NCBI GenBank assembly: GCA_963801815.1
Contig: CAWDGJ010000003.1
Location: 128,001-192,000 of the forward strand
DNA: 64,000 nucleotides
Reading direction: 5' to 3'
From: an uncultured Verrucomicrobiae bacterium
GTDB taxonomy: Bacteria > Verrucomicrobiota > Verrucomicrobiia > Chthoniobacterales > UBA10450
The notes beneath the pieces were generated by a model. That model worked only from the letters and a program-made list of their open reading frames with translations. It did not search any database and was not told the DNA's origin. Each line of letters starts with the position of its first letter. Positions within the stretch are counted from its first letter, which is position 1. The translations under genes and the position numbers were made by a program. This document shows, piece by piece, positions 29,955-38,335 of this stretch.

Positions 29955-30371
29955 CTATTCGCCGATCAGCGTCAGTGAAATCTTGCGACGGTGGGGATCG
30001 CGTCGATGCTCGAATAGAAAGATCCCCTGCCAGGTTCCGAGCTGCATTTTGCCGTCGACGATTGGGATGGTTTCGCTGGTCCGTGTGAGCACCATTCGAA
30101 TGTGGGACGGCATGTCGTCCGGCCCTTCATCATCGTGTTCGTAATTCAGATTCTCAGGAACCAGCTTCTCGAAAAATCTTTCCACATCGCGACGCGCCGC
30201 CGGCGCGGCGTTCTCCATCATGGTCAGGCTGCAACTCGTGTGCTGAACGAACACGGTCACAATGCCGTTATCAATCTTTGAGTTCTCGACCTTACTCTGA
30301 ATATCGTCAGTGATTTCATATGTGCCCTTGCCGTTGGTGCGCACTTCTAGTTGGTCATGATGGACGCGCAT
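29955..30371 (-). CDS. yjbQ: YjbQ (UPF0047) family protein
   Basis: HTSCSL..EN, H..EGPDDMPSHI, LGTWQGIFLFEHR. Confidence 0.9.
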   Translation of the reverse strand: MRVHHDQLEVRTNGKGTYEITDDIQSKVENSKIDNGIVTVFVQHTSCSLTMMENAAPAARRDVERFFEKLVPENLNYEHDDEGPDDMPSHIRMVLTRTSETIPIVDGKMQLGTWQGIFLFEHRRDPHRRKISLTLIGE

Positions 30372-30378
30372 AGGACGC

Positions 30379-30436
30379 TGTAGGGGACGCTGTCAGCGTC
30401 CCAATCACTAATAGGAAGCAAACTGCTTCCCCTACA
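30379..30436. repeat. GTAG-type REP doublet
   Basis: Termini TGTAGGGGA/TCCCCTACA; arms GGGACGCT-GTC-AGCGTCCC and GGAAGCA-AAC-TGCTTCC. Confidence 0.8.
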
Positions 30437-30638
30437 AAATCAATTCAGATATCAATGTGTACGAACTTTTACGAGTCGCGCGTTGATCTTTCGTGCGAGC
30501 AACGGCCTGGCCAAAGACGATGCAAAGCGATCTCGAGCGCGTGCTTTTCAGCAATCTTCCGTGCATCGGCGGCTGCGAAAAGATTTGATCACATCGAAGT
30601 AGCCGGACGTTGCCACGGATTGCGCGGATGACACAGAA

Positions 30639-30884
30639 TTATCCTCCCTGCACAGGAGGCATAATAGCGAGCTCCTCGCCACCGCCGATTACGTGGTCTC
30701 GTTCAACAAAGTCAACGCCGACACCGACGAGGATGCTCTTATGATACGCGCGCAACGCTGGCTTGAATTCACAGATCTTGTCAATCAGCTGAGCCACGGT
30801 CGCGCCTTTGGGGACATCGACATCTAAACTGGAAACGCCGACAATGTCGCGCAGCTGAGCATAGAATTGCACGGGAATCTTCAT
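30639..30884 (-). CDS. moaD: MoaD/ThiS family sulfur carrier
   Basis: 81 aa, C-terminal PPVQGG. Confidence 0.85.
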   Translation of the reverse strand: MKIPVQFYAQLRDIVGVSSLDVDVPKGATVAQLIDKICEFKPALRAYHKSILVGVGVDFVERDHVIGGGEELAIMPPVQGG

Positions 30885-30922
30885 CCTGCTGTCCGTACTA
30901 TCCGTATAATCCGCGGTTGTTC

Positions 30923-31408
30923 CTAGTCTCTCAAGTTCTTGAAGTTCGTCGCCACACCGAAATCATGTCCGCGCACGAACTGAATGACAGTCTGAAGCTC
31001 GTCTTTCTTCTTTCCCGTCACCCGGATTTGTCGATCTTGCAATTGGCTCTGAACTTTAAAGCTCTGCGACTTGATTGCGTGGATGATTTCCTTGGCCTTC
31101 TCGCCTTCAAGCCCCTGTTGGATTTTCAATTCCTGGCGCGCGTGACCGACTGAAGACAGGGCGGGCTCCTCCTGTTTCACATTGCGAAGATCGACACCGC
31201 GCTTGGAAAGTTTGCCAATCACGATCTCGCGCAGCGCGCGCAAATGGTTCGCGTCATCGGCGATGAGCACAATCTGGTCTTTTTCATGAACAATCTCAGT
31301 TTTGGCATCTCTTAGATCAAAACGCGTGGCGAGTTCTTTGCGCGCCTGGTTAAGCGCATTATCGATTTCTTGTTTGTCGACCTCAGAGACGATATCGAAC
31401 GACGGCAT
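30923..31408 (-). CDS. yajQ: YajQ family nucleotide/c-di-GMP-binding protein
   Basis: MPSFDIVSEVD, RFD, IRVTGKKKDELQ, NFKNLRD. Confidence 0.93.
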   Translation of the reverse strand: MPSFDIVSEVDKQEIDNALNQARKELATRFDLRDAKTEIVHEKDQIVLIADDANHLRALREIVIGKLSKRGVDLRNVKQEEPALSSVGHARQELKIQQGLEGEKAKEIIHAIKSQSFKVQSQLQDRQIRVTGKKKDELQTVIQFVRGHDFGVATNFKNLRD

Positions 31409-31424
31409 GGCAGGAATTTGAGAC

Positions 31425-32222
31425 TTAAGGATTGTGTTCGGCGATTCTAATGTTGCCGTCCCGAGTTTCGAACTCAATTTTCGGCTTCTCTGCGCCGTCG
31501 ACCATCACATCGACATGCTTGGTCGATTCTGCGCGGCGTTGCTGCTTCTCTTCGAAATCATTGGCGATCTTCCCGGTCACGGTATTGGCGATGAGATGAA
31601 ATACAGCGTCCTCTGGCAGGTAGGCGACAGCGTTGCCGTCGTCGACCACAGCGTGAATCGAGAAGTCCTGTTTTTCCCACCATTCGTAGACAAGCCCGGC
31701 ATTTCCGGTTTGGACTCGAAAGTCGAGATTGCCAAAACAATTGTGGACGAAAAACCGGCCGTTGCCCAATTGAGCGTGCGCCTCCTTGCTTCTCAACTCT
31801 TCGATAAGCACTTCGCCATTGCGCAGCTCCAACTTCGAAATCGTTGCCGCCTGCGGGACCACGATGACGAGATCCGCGGTGCCGGAGCGGTCTGAAAAGC
31901 CGGCGTCGGAAGCTGGTGGATAGACAACCTCGATGAAGATTGAATTTTGTCGCGTCGTCACCCGCGTGGAAATCGCCTTCAAACGTTCTGGAGTGTAGGC
32001 CTTCTTCAGGGTTTCAACCCGAACTTCGCGCACGTCTCCACCGGCCCCGTAGATGGAAATCGAACCGTCGCGATTCGTCACGCTGATCGTTGGGGTGTTT
32101 GAATCGACCGGATAACGCCGGTCGGACGTCTCCTCCAAGGTTGGATCATCCGGCGGTTGGCAACCGCCGAGCCAAAGAACGATCAACGATGCGCAAACGA
32201 AACAAATTGTGACAGGCCGCAT
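31425..32222 (-). CDS. Lipoprotein with DUF4097-type beta-strand repeats
   Basis: Lipobox LGGC; repeated 'NG.I.I' beta motifs. Confidence 0.7.
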   Translation of the reverse strand: MRPVTICFVCASLIVLWLGGCQPPDDPTLEETSDRRYPVDSNTPTISVTNRDGSISIYGAGGDVREVRVETLKKAYTPERLKAISTRVTTRQNSIFIEVVYPPASDAGFSDRSGTADLVIVVPQAATISKLELRNGEVLIEELRSKEAHAQLGNGRFFVHNCFGNLDFRVQTGNAGLVYEWWEKQDFSIHAVVDDGNAVAYLPEDAVFHLIANTVTGKIANDFEEKQQRRAESTKHVDVMVDGAEKPKIEFETRDGNIRIAEHNP

Positions 32223-32241
32223 GTTTCCGCCGGAGCCTAGC

Positions 32242-32550
32242 TCAAGCAGCGGGAAGTTGCAGGAAGTGAATGATGGCGCGAACGCTTTCAACGATTGCGC
32301 TAGTCAGAATTGCCGTCAGGACCAGGAAGAACGCCGTCTCGGCCAGAAAATTCCGCCGTGCTTCGTGCTGAAAATAATCGCGGCTGATATCTAGAAATGA
32401 TCGCGCCGAGATTCCGGTGGGGCCACCGTAATAACGATCAGGCGAGAACGACTGGTAATTGCAATCGATAAGCAGCGTTCGTCGCTGCCGCCACTCGGAC
32501 GAAAATTCGCCATCGCTTCGGCGATTCGTCCTTTCAGCGATCGGTTTCAT
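32242..32550 (-). CDS. Small C-terminally anchored protein, MKP/SRDYF family copy A
   Basis: Similar by eye to 45890..46162 and 53663..53938. Confidence 0.75.
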   Translation of the reverse strand: MKPIAERTNRRSDGEFSSEWRQRRTLLIDCNYQSFSPDRYYGGPTGISARSFLDISRDYFQHEARRNFLAETAFFLVLTAILTSAIVESVRAIIHFLQLPAA

Positions 32551-32616
32551 TTTGGCTTTCCATCTATTTAGACGCCGCCAATCTCGCCCTTGGGCTCAAT
32601 TTCTCACAGATTCGGC

Positions 32617-34152
32617 TCAAATCCACAAGGTCCGATCAAACGTGCGGTATTGAATCGCTTCGCTGACGTGTTCCGGCAAGATGTCGATTTTGTCGTCCAG
32701 GTCGGCGATCGTTCGCGAGACTTTCAGGATTCGATCGTAAGCGCGCGCGCTCAGATTGAGTTCGGTCATTGCGACCCGAATCAATTCCTGGGAGTCGGAG
32801 CTCAATTTGCAATGCGCTTTCAGATGGCGCGTGGTCATGCGCGCGTTGCAGGTGGCTTTTGCGTCGCGCGCGAAACGGTCGTGTTGTTTTTGGCGCGCCC
32901 GGGCGACTCGTTCGCGAATCGCAACCGAATATTCTTCGACGCGGTCGCTCGAAACATCTCGATATTCCACAGCCGGCACCTCGATGTGCAGATCGATCCG
33001 ATCGAGCAGGGGACCGGAAATTCTTTGGCGATAACGTTGAACTTGCACCGGACTGCACCGGCATTCGCGTTTGAGATCGCCAAAATATCCGCAGGGGCAG
33101 GGGTTCATCGCCGCGACGAGCATGAACTCACTCGGAAAAGTTAGACTGCCGGCCGCCCGGGAGATCGTGACTTTCCCATCCTCGAGCGGCTGGCGCATCA
33201 CTTCCAGGGCCGATCGTTTGAATTCTGGCAGCTCGTCGAGAAACAGCACACCGTTGTGGGCCAGACTAACTTCGCCCGGAGTGGGAAACGCCCCGCCTCC
33301 GAGCAGTCCGATGTCGCTGATCGTGTGATGCGGCGAGCGAAACGGCCGCGTCGCGACGAACGATTTTTCGCCGTCGAGAAATCCGGCAATGCTGTGAATC
33401 TTGGTGGTGTCGATTGCTTCCTCGAGCGACATCGGTGGAATAATGGTCGCAATCCGCTTGGACAACATCGATTTCCCGGAACCGGGCGGGCCAATCATCA
33501 GAATGTTGTGACCGCCAGCGACTGCGACTTCGATCGCGCGTTTTACATGACGCTGGCCTTTCACGTCGGAGAAATCGACGTCGTAAGTTTGGTGGGTTGC
33601 GAAAAATCCGGTGAGATCGCCGCGTATTGGAAGAAGCGGAACTTCGCCGCGCAGAAATTGGAACGTCTCGCGGAGATTATGGACACCGTAGATGTCGATC
33701 TTGCTGACCATCGCCGCTTCGAGCGCATTCGCCGCGGGCACGAACAACGCCTGCTTTCCGCGACGGCGTGCTTCCAAAGCGACTGGAAGCACGCCTTTGG
33801 TGGGCCGGACACTGCCATTCAACGCGAGCTCGCCCACAAAACTAAACTTTTCCCACGGTGACGTGTTCAGTTCTTCGCCGACTGCAACCATGCCGAGGGC
33901 GATCGGCAGATCGAAGCTTGGTCCCTCTTTCTTAATATCCGCCGGCGCGAGATTTATCGTGGTCCGTTTGCGAGACGCCCGATACCCGCTGTTCGCAATG
34001 GCGGTCCAGACCCGGTCCCGGCTCTCTTTCACTGCCACATCCGGCAAGCCGACAATGACCATTACTGGCTTGCCGGCCCCGGCGTTAACCTCGATTTCAA
34101 CCTCGTAGGCATCAACGCCATAGACCGCCGCAGAATAAATCTTGGCCAGCAT
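32617..34152 (-). CDS. comM: YifB/ComM Mg-chelatase-like AAA+ ATPase
   Basis: [56 protein letters not shown]. Confidence 0.93.
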   Translation of the reverse strand: MLAKIYSAAVYGVDAYEVEIEVNAGAGKPVMVIVGLPDVAVKESRDRVWTAIANSGYRASRKRTTINLAPADIKKEGPSFDLPIALGMVAVGEELNTSPWEKFSFVGELALNGSVRPTKGVLPVALEARRRGKQALFVPAANALEAAMVSKIDIYGVHNLRETFQFLRGEVPLLPIRGDLTGFFATHQTYDVDFSDVKGQRHVKRAIEVAVAGGHNILMIGPPGSGKSMLSKRIATIIPPMSLEEAIDTTKIHSIAGFLDGEKSFVATRPFRSPHHTISDIGLLGGGAFPTPGEVSLAHNGVLFLDELPEFKRSALEVMRQPLEDGKVTISRAAGSLTFPSEFMLVAAMNPCPCGYFGDLKRECRCSPVQVQRYRQRISGPLLDRIDLHIEVPAVEYRDVSSDRVEEYSVAIRERVARARQKQHDRFARDAKATCNARMTTRHLKAHCKLSSDSQELIRVAMTELNLSARAYDRILKVSRTIADLDDKIDILPEHVSEAIQYRTFDRTLWI

Positions 34153-34429
34153 GGGGGGAACCGTTCTTTATTAAGAGTGGCAAAAAGCCGCGGGTCGGAA
34201 AAGAGACAAAATCAGGCGAGTTTTGACCGTCAATCCTATGGAAAATCCCGCCTCGGAATCTTTTGAGAAAGTTTGAACAAAGCTCCGCGTATAACTGTCA
34301 GTATTCCGAATATTTAACCTTGTTAAGTAGTTTCCCTGATGTTAAGAAATCCGATTAAGGAGCCAGCTACGAACACAAAAGCCGGCAAATGGTCGGTTCA
34401 GCCCCCAGTTTCCCATGAAGAGAGGTTAT

Positions 34430-35284
34430 ATGGCCGCCGAAGATAGCGATACCGGAATAAAAATTTACCTGCGCGAGATCGGGCAAATCCCGCTCTTGAC
34501 GCCGCAACAGGAGATTGAACTCGCCGCCAAGATCAAAAAGGGCGATCGGGAGGCGCGCGCGCTCATGATTCGGTCCAACTTGCGACTCGTGGTCAAGATT
34601 GCCCACGATTACGCCAACCTCGGGCTTCCGTTGTTGGACCTGATTTCCGAAGGCAACATCGGTTTGATGAAAGCCGTTGAGCGTTTTGATCCCGCCAAGG
34701 GTGGAAAGCTCAGCACTTACGCCGCGTGGTGGATCAAACAATCGATCAAGCGCGCGTTGGCGAACCAGTCGAAAACTATCCGGTTGCCGGTTCATCTCGT
34801 GGACAAGATTTCCAAGATGCGCCGCGTCTCGTTGCAGATGAGCGAAGAGCTCGGCCGCGAGCCAACGGACGATGAGCTCGGCGAAGAAATTGGAATTGCT
34901 TCCGGAAAAGTTTCGCAATTGAAGACGGTTTCGATTCGTCCGGCTTCACTCGACGCGCCAATCAGTGACGACGATTCCACCGAGTTCGGCGAGATTGTTG
35001 GCGATGAGGACGCGCAAACGCCATTTGAGCTCTTGCGAGACAAGAATCTGCGCAACGAAGTCGGCGGCTTGCTCGATGTGCTCGATGATCGCGAGAAGAA
35101 AATCATTTTCCAGCGCTTCGGGCTCGACGGCGGAAAACCCAAGACGCTCGAGGAAGTTGGCAAGAAATTTGGCGTCACTCGCGAGCGCATTCGTCAGCTG
35201 CAAAACATTGCGTTGTCGAAGCTCCGCCGCGCTTTGAGCAAAAAGGAAAAGCCCGTCGACGTTGAGCTACCGGTCGAAGCCTAA
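34430..35284 (+). CDS. RpoD/RpoS-family sigma70 factor lacking region 1.1
   Basis: YLREIG..PLLT, NLRLVVKIA, DLISEGNIGLMKAVERFD, STYAAWWI, TLEEVG..FGVTRERIRQ. Confidence 0.93.
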   Translation: MAAEDSDTGIKIYLREIGQIPLLTPQQEIELAAKIKKGDREARALMIRSNLRLVVKIAHDYANLGLPLLDLISEGNIGLMKAVERFDPAKGGKLSTYAAWWIKQSIKRALANQSKTIRLPVHLVDKISKMRRVSLQMSEELGREPTDDELGEEIGIASGKVSQLKTVSIRPASLDAPISDDDSTEFGEIVGDEDAQTPFELLRDKNLRNEVGGLLDVLDDREKKIIFQRFGLDGGKPKTLEEVGKKFGVTRERIRQLQNIALSKLRRALSKKEKPVDVELPVEA

Positions 35285-35307
35285 CGCTAAATCGATATCG
35301 TATTTTG

Positions 35308-35337
35308 AAAACGCGCGGAGAAATTCGCGCGTTTTTT
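35308..35337. terminator. Bidirectional intrinsic terminator between convergent sigma and pyk genes
   Basis: AAAACGCGCG-GAGAAATT-CGCGCGTTTTTT. Confidence 0.7.
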
Positions 35338-36739
35338 ACTTTACCGTCCGCAACAGGACACAATCAACGCGTTCGCCCCGAGCTTGCACGTCGCTGATAA
35401 CAACGAGGTTGTCGCCTGGTGCGATCAGCTTTTCCTCGCGCAAGTGTTTGGCTGCTGTTTCGATGGTCTGATTTGGATCATCACTGAATTCGATTCGTTG
35501 CGAGCACACGCCCCAGCAGATCGATAATTGTTGCCGCACTTTTTCGCTCGGAGTGAATGCGAATATAGTGGAGTGCTGAGGGCGGAGGTTGGAGGTGTTG
35601 CGTGCCATCGTTCCGTGTCTTGTGAAAACGATGAGCTTCGAACGAGTAAGGGAATTGGCCAGTACGACTGCTGCGGACACGGTTTTTTGTCGATTATCCT
35701 CCAGGATCGCATCCTTGGCATAACCGGCTCCGCCACTTCTCTCAATCCGAGTCGCCACCCGGTTCAAGACCTCAACACACTCGACTGGATAACGGCCGAC
35801 ACTGGTTTCGCCGCTCAACATGATCGCGTCCGCTTGTTCAAATACTGCGTTGGCGACATCGGTAATCTCAGCACGCGTCGGCACGCGATTGTTGATCATC
35901 GATTCCAGCATGTGCGTCGCCACTACCACCGGTTTGCCGAGCCGAATGCAACTCTTGACGATTCGCCGTTGAATGATTGGCAATTCCTCCATCGGCACTT
36001 CGATCCCAAGATCTCCGCGCGCGATCATGACCAGGTCGGCAGTCTTAATAATGTCGTCTATCGATTCGACCGCCGATTGATCTTCAATCTTCGCCAACAC
36101 GCAGGCTTGGCTGTTCTTGCGGACCAGCAAGTTTCGAAGCTCTATCAGGTCGTGCGGTTTGCGAACAAAGCTTAGAGCTACAAAATCGACCCCGAGTTCC
36201 GCGCCGAGCGAGACATCCGCGATGTCCTTCTTTGTCAGGGCCGGCAGACTGACATGGACGCCGGGCAAATTGATATGACGTCGCGATCCCAACGACGCTG
36301 GAGTCACTACCTTGCATAGGACGCGATTCTTTTTCTTTTCAACGACAACAAGCTTAATTAGTCCATTGTCCACCAGGACCGTGTCCCCGGCGCTGACGTC
36401 ATCGACGAACCCGGCGTAGTTGACAGTGATTGATTTCTTTTGCGTTTTCTTCGCGCCTCGAACAGTGAATTCGATGATCTCGTCCTTCTTAAGCTCCAGC
36501 GGCGTCTTAAGGGGACCGGTGCGAATCGCCGGCCCCTGGGTATCGAGCAGGATTCCAATCGGGCGAGAGGCTTCTTTCGAGAGCTTGCGAATGCGCGGAA
36601 CGATCTGCCGAACCCATTCGTGTTGCGCGTGGCTCATGTTCAAACGGAAAACGTCCGCGCCGCGCTCGATCAATTGGCGAATCGTTTCGACCTTTTCAGT
36701 GGCCGGGCCAAGTGTGCAGATGATTTTTGTCTTCCGCAT
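35336..36739 (-). CDS. pyk: Pyruvate kinase
   Basis: TKIICTLGPA, RLNMSH, DTQGP.IR, AKIE, MIARGDLG.E, PTRAE.TD, MLSGET. Confidence 0.96.
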   Translation of the reverse strand: MRKTKIICTLGPATEKVETIRQLIERGADVFRLNMSHAQHEWVRQIVPRIRKLSKEASRPIGILLDTQGPAIRTGPLKTPLELKKDEIIEFTVRGAKKTQKKSITVNYAGFVDDVSAGDTVLVDNGLIKLVVVEKKKNRVLCKVVTPASLGSRRHINLPGVHVSLPALTKKDIADVSLGAELGVDFVALSFVRKPHDLIELRNLLVRKNSQACVLAKIEDQSAVESIDDIIKTADLVMIARGDLGIEVPMEELPIIQRRIVKSCIRLGKPVVVATHMLESMINNRVPTRAEITDVANAVFEQADAIMLSGETSVGRYPVECVEVLNRVATRIERSGGAGYAKDAILEDNRQKTVSAAVVLANSLTRSKLIVFTRHGTMARNTSNLRPQHSTIFAFTPSEKVRQQLSICWGVCSQRIEFSDDPNQTIETAAKHLREEKLIAPGDNLVVISDVQARGERVDCVLLRTVK

Positions 36740-36780
36740 TTCTCAAACCCTGTAGGGTCGCTTCGCCTGAATGCAAAGCC

Positions 36781-36818
36781 AAAAAAAAGCGGCACACCGA
36801 TGAGAGCGTACCGCTTTT
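36781..36818 (-). terminator. Probable intrinsic terminator after the DUF4142 gene
   Basis: AAAAAAAAGCGG...CCGCTTTT stem giving a poly-T tail on the minus strand. Confidence 0.55.
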
Positions 36819-36841
36819 AGTATAAAAGTGAGCCGGCGACG

Positions 36842-37408
36842 TTATTTCAGCTTCGCTTGGGTCTCCTGAGCTAGCTTGAGATGAGTACTGACCATCTTCG
36901 CCCCTTTGGCCGCAAATGCCTTCACGTCCGGATCGGTTCCGCTTTGCGCTTCCTTTTGGAACTCTCCCAGGTCTTCCTGGTGATCTTTAACCATCATGTT
37001 CATGTAGTCCTTGTCCGATTTCCATTTCCCGGCTGATTTCGCGCTCGGAAGCGAAACGCCGTCCTGCTTGGCGAGCGCCATCAACTCGCTATTCGCCTTG
37101 GAGTGGTCGGTCACCATTCGGTTACCGAACTTTTTCACATCGGCGCTTTGACCATTCTGGGCGGCCATTTTGCCCATCTCGACTTCCATCATCCCGCCTT
37201 TGGCTGCGTTCATCATGAACGTTTTGTCCGCGGCACTGAGTTTGCCTCCCGCTGTCGCGGCGTTAGGTTTTGCTGTTGGAGCGTTCGAATTCGCTCCGGT
37301 TCGCAACGGAGGGTACTGGTTCAACGCGCTGGCTGTGTTAACCAGGCTAAGCGCGGCAACTGCCAGTGCCACAACTAAGAATCGTGAGATTATAAGATTA
37401 ATTTTCAT
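36842..37408 (-). CDS. DUF4142 family secreted ferritin-like protein
   Basis: Signal peptide, DKTFM..AA.GG..EVE, VK.F...MV.DH, MVKDH. Confidence 0.85.
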   Translation of the reverse strand: MKINLIISRFLVVALAVAALSLVNTASALNQYPPLRTGANSNAPTAKPNAATAGGKLSAADKTFMMNAAKGGMMEVEMGKMAAQNGQSADVKKFGNRMVTDHSKANSELMALAKQDGVSLPSAKSAGKWKSDKDYMNMMVKDHQEDLGEFQKEAQSGTDPDVKAFAAKGAKMVSTHLKLAQETQAKLK

Positions 37409-37565
37409 ATGTTTTGCAGGTAACAATTCCGCAATCCGGCATCAGAGATTCGCATATTGACACAATCTTGGATGTAAGTGCAAGCCGGCGATAATACTGC
37501 AAAAGCTCGTAGTTTCTCCCCGAAAATTCCCTTGCTAGTGCTGGCGACACGACCTTTCCTCTCGT

Positions 37566-38210
37566 TCAGCGACGTCCTTCCACGTCTTTTTCCTTGATCG
37601 GTTCTCGATAGCTCCTGGCTTCGGTCCAACCGCCGGCGGTCATCGCGGCGCGCGCCGACGCATCTTTTCCCATTCGCACTGCCACCGCATCGAGCGGGTC
37701 GATCTCAGTAATTCGATTGCAAACTTCGACCTCTTGTTCGCTTTGCCCCATCTGATGATGAAGCCGGCCGAGCTCGTGTAGCAATCTCACGTCGCGCGGA
37801 TTTTCTTCGAGCAACGTGCGGACCGCGAACAAGCCGATCTCCAGCCATCCGGCCGCTATCGCAGCATCCTTCAACACCAGGTTCGCCTGGCGATTGTAAG
37901 GCTCTTTTTCCAAAACTTTCTCGATCATCTCGACCGCGCGCCGCGGAGCTTTCTTGATTTCGCGCTGCGCTTTCATAACTGCGATCGGCGCTGTCGAAAT
38001 ATTGAAGAAACTTTTCTTCCGGGCTTTTTGTTTTGTTACCTCGGCGCGCCGCAAAAGCTGCCGACCGGTTAAAAATTCCGGCTCCTGTTTCAGGATTCCC
38101 TGCAACAACGAGATGGCGTACCCAAAATTCCGCAGCTCCATCGCTGCAAGCGCCTTCAGCCAAAGCGCGTGCTGACTTTCGTTTAGGGCCTTCTCGGTCT
38201 TGACTGACAT
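37566..38210 (-). CDS. TPR-like hypothetical protein, possibly C-terminally truncated
   Basis: TPR helices (NFGYAISLL..ILKQEP; NPRDVRLLHELGRL). Confidence 0.6.
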   Translation of the reverse strand: MSVKTEKALNESQHALWLKALAAMELRNFGYAISLLQGILKQEPEFLTGRQLLRRAEVTKQKARKKSFFNISTAPIAVMKAQREIKKAPRRAVEMIEKVLEKEPYNRQANLVLKDAAIAAGWLEIGLFAVRTLLEENPRDVRLLHELGRLHHQMGQSEQEVEVCNRITEIDPLDAVAVRMGKDASARAAMTAGGWTEARSYREPIKEKDVEGRR

Positions 38211-38266
38211 AGGGGGGACTTGCGACGTCACTATAAGCTCTCGCGCGTCGTAGGTCAGCGAAAAAG

Positions 38267-38335
38267 GTAGGGGCGATTGCCCTCAAGCGCCCGCAATATC
38301 ACGCCAGGTTAGACTGCTCGTTGAATCGCCTCTAC
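38267..38335. repeat. Degenerate GTAG-type REP doublet abutting the mutS stop codon
   Basis: GTAGGGGCGATT...AATCGCCTCTAC; left arm resembles the 27600 hairpin. Confidence 0.6.

Noticed and set aside
30440..30612. Possible small gene or pseudogene between yjbQ and moaD
   Set aside because: Only short frames without convincing starts or recognisable motifs
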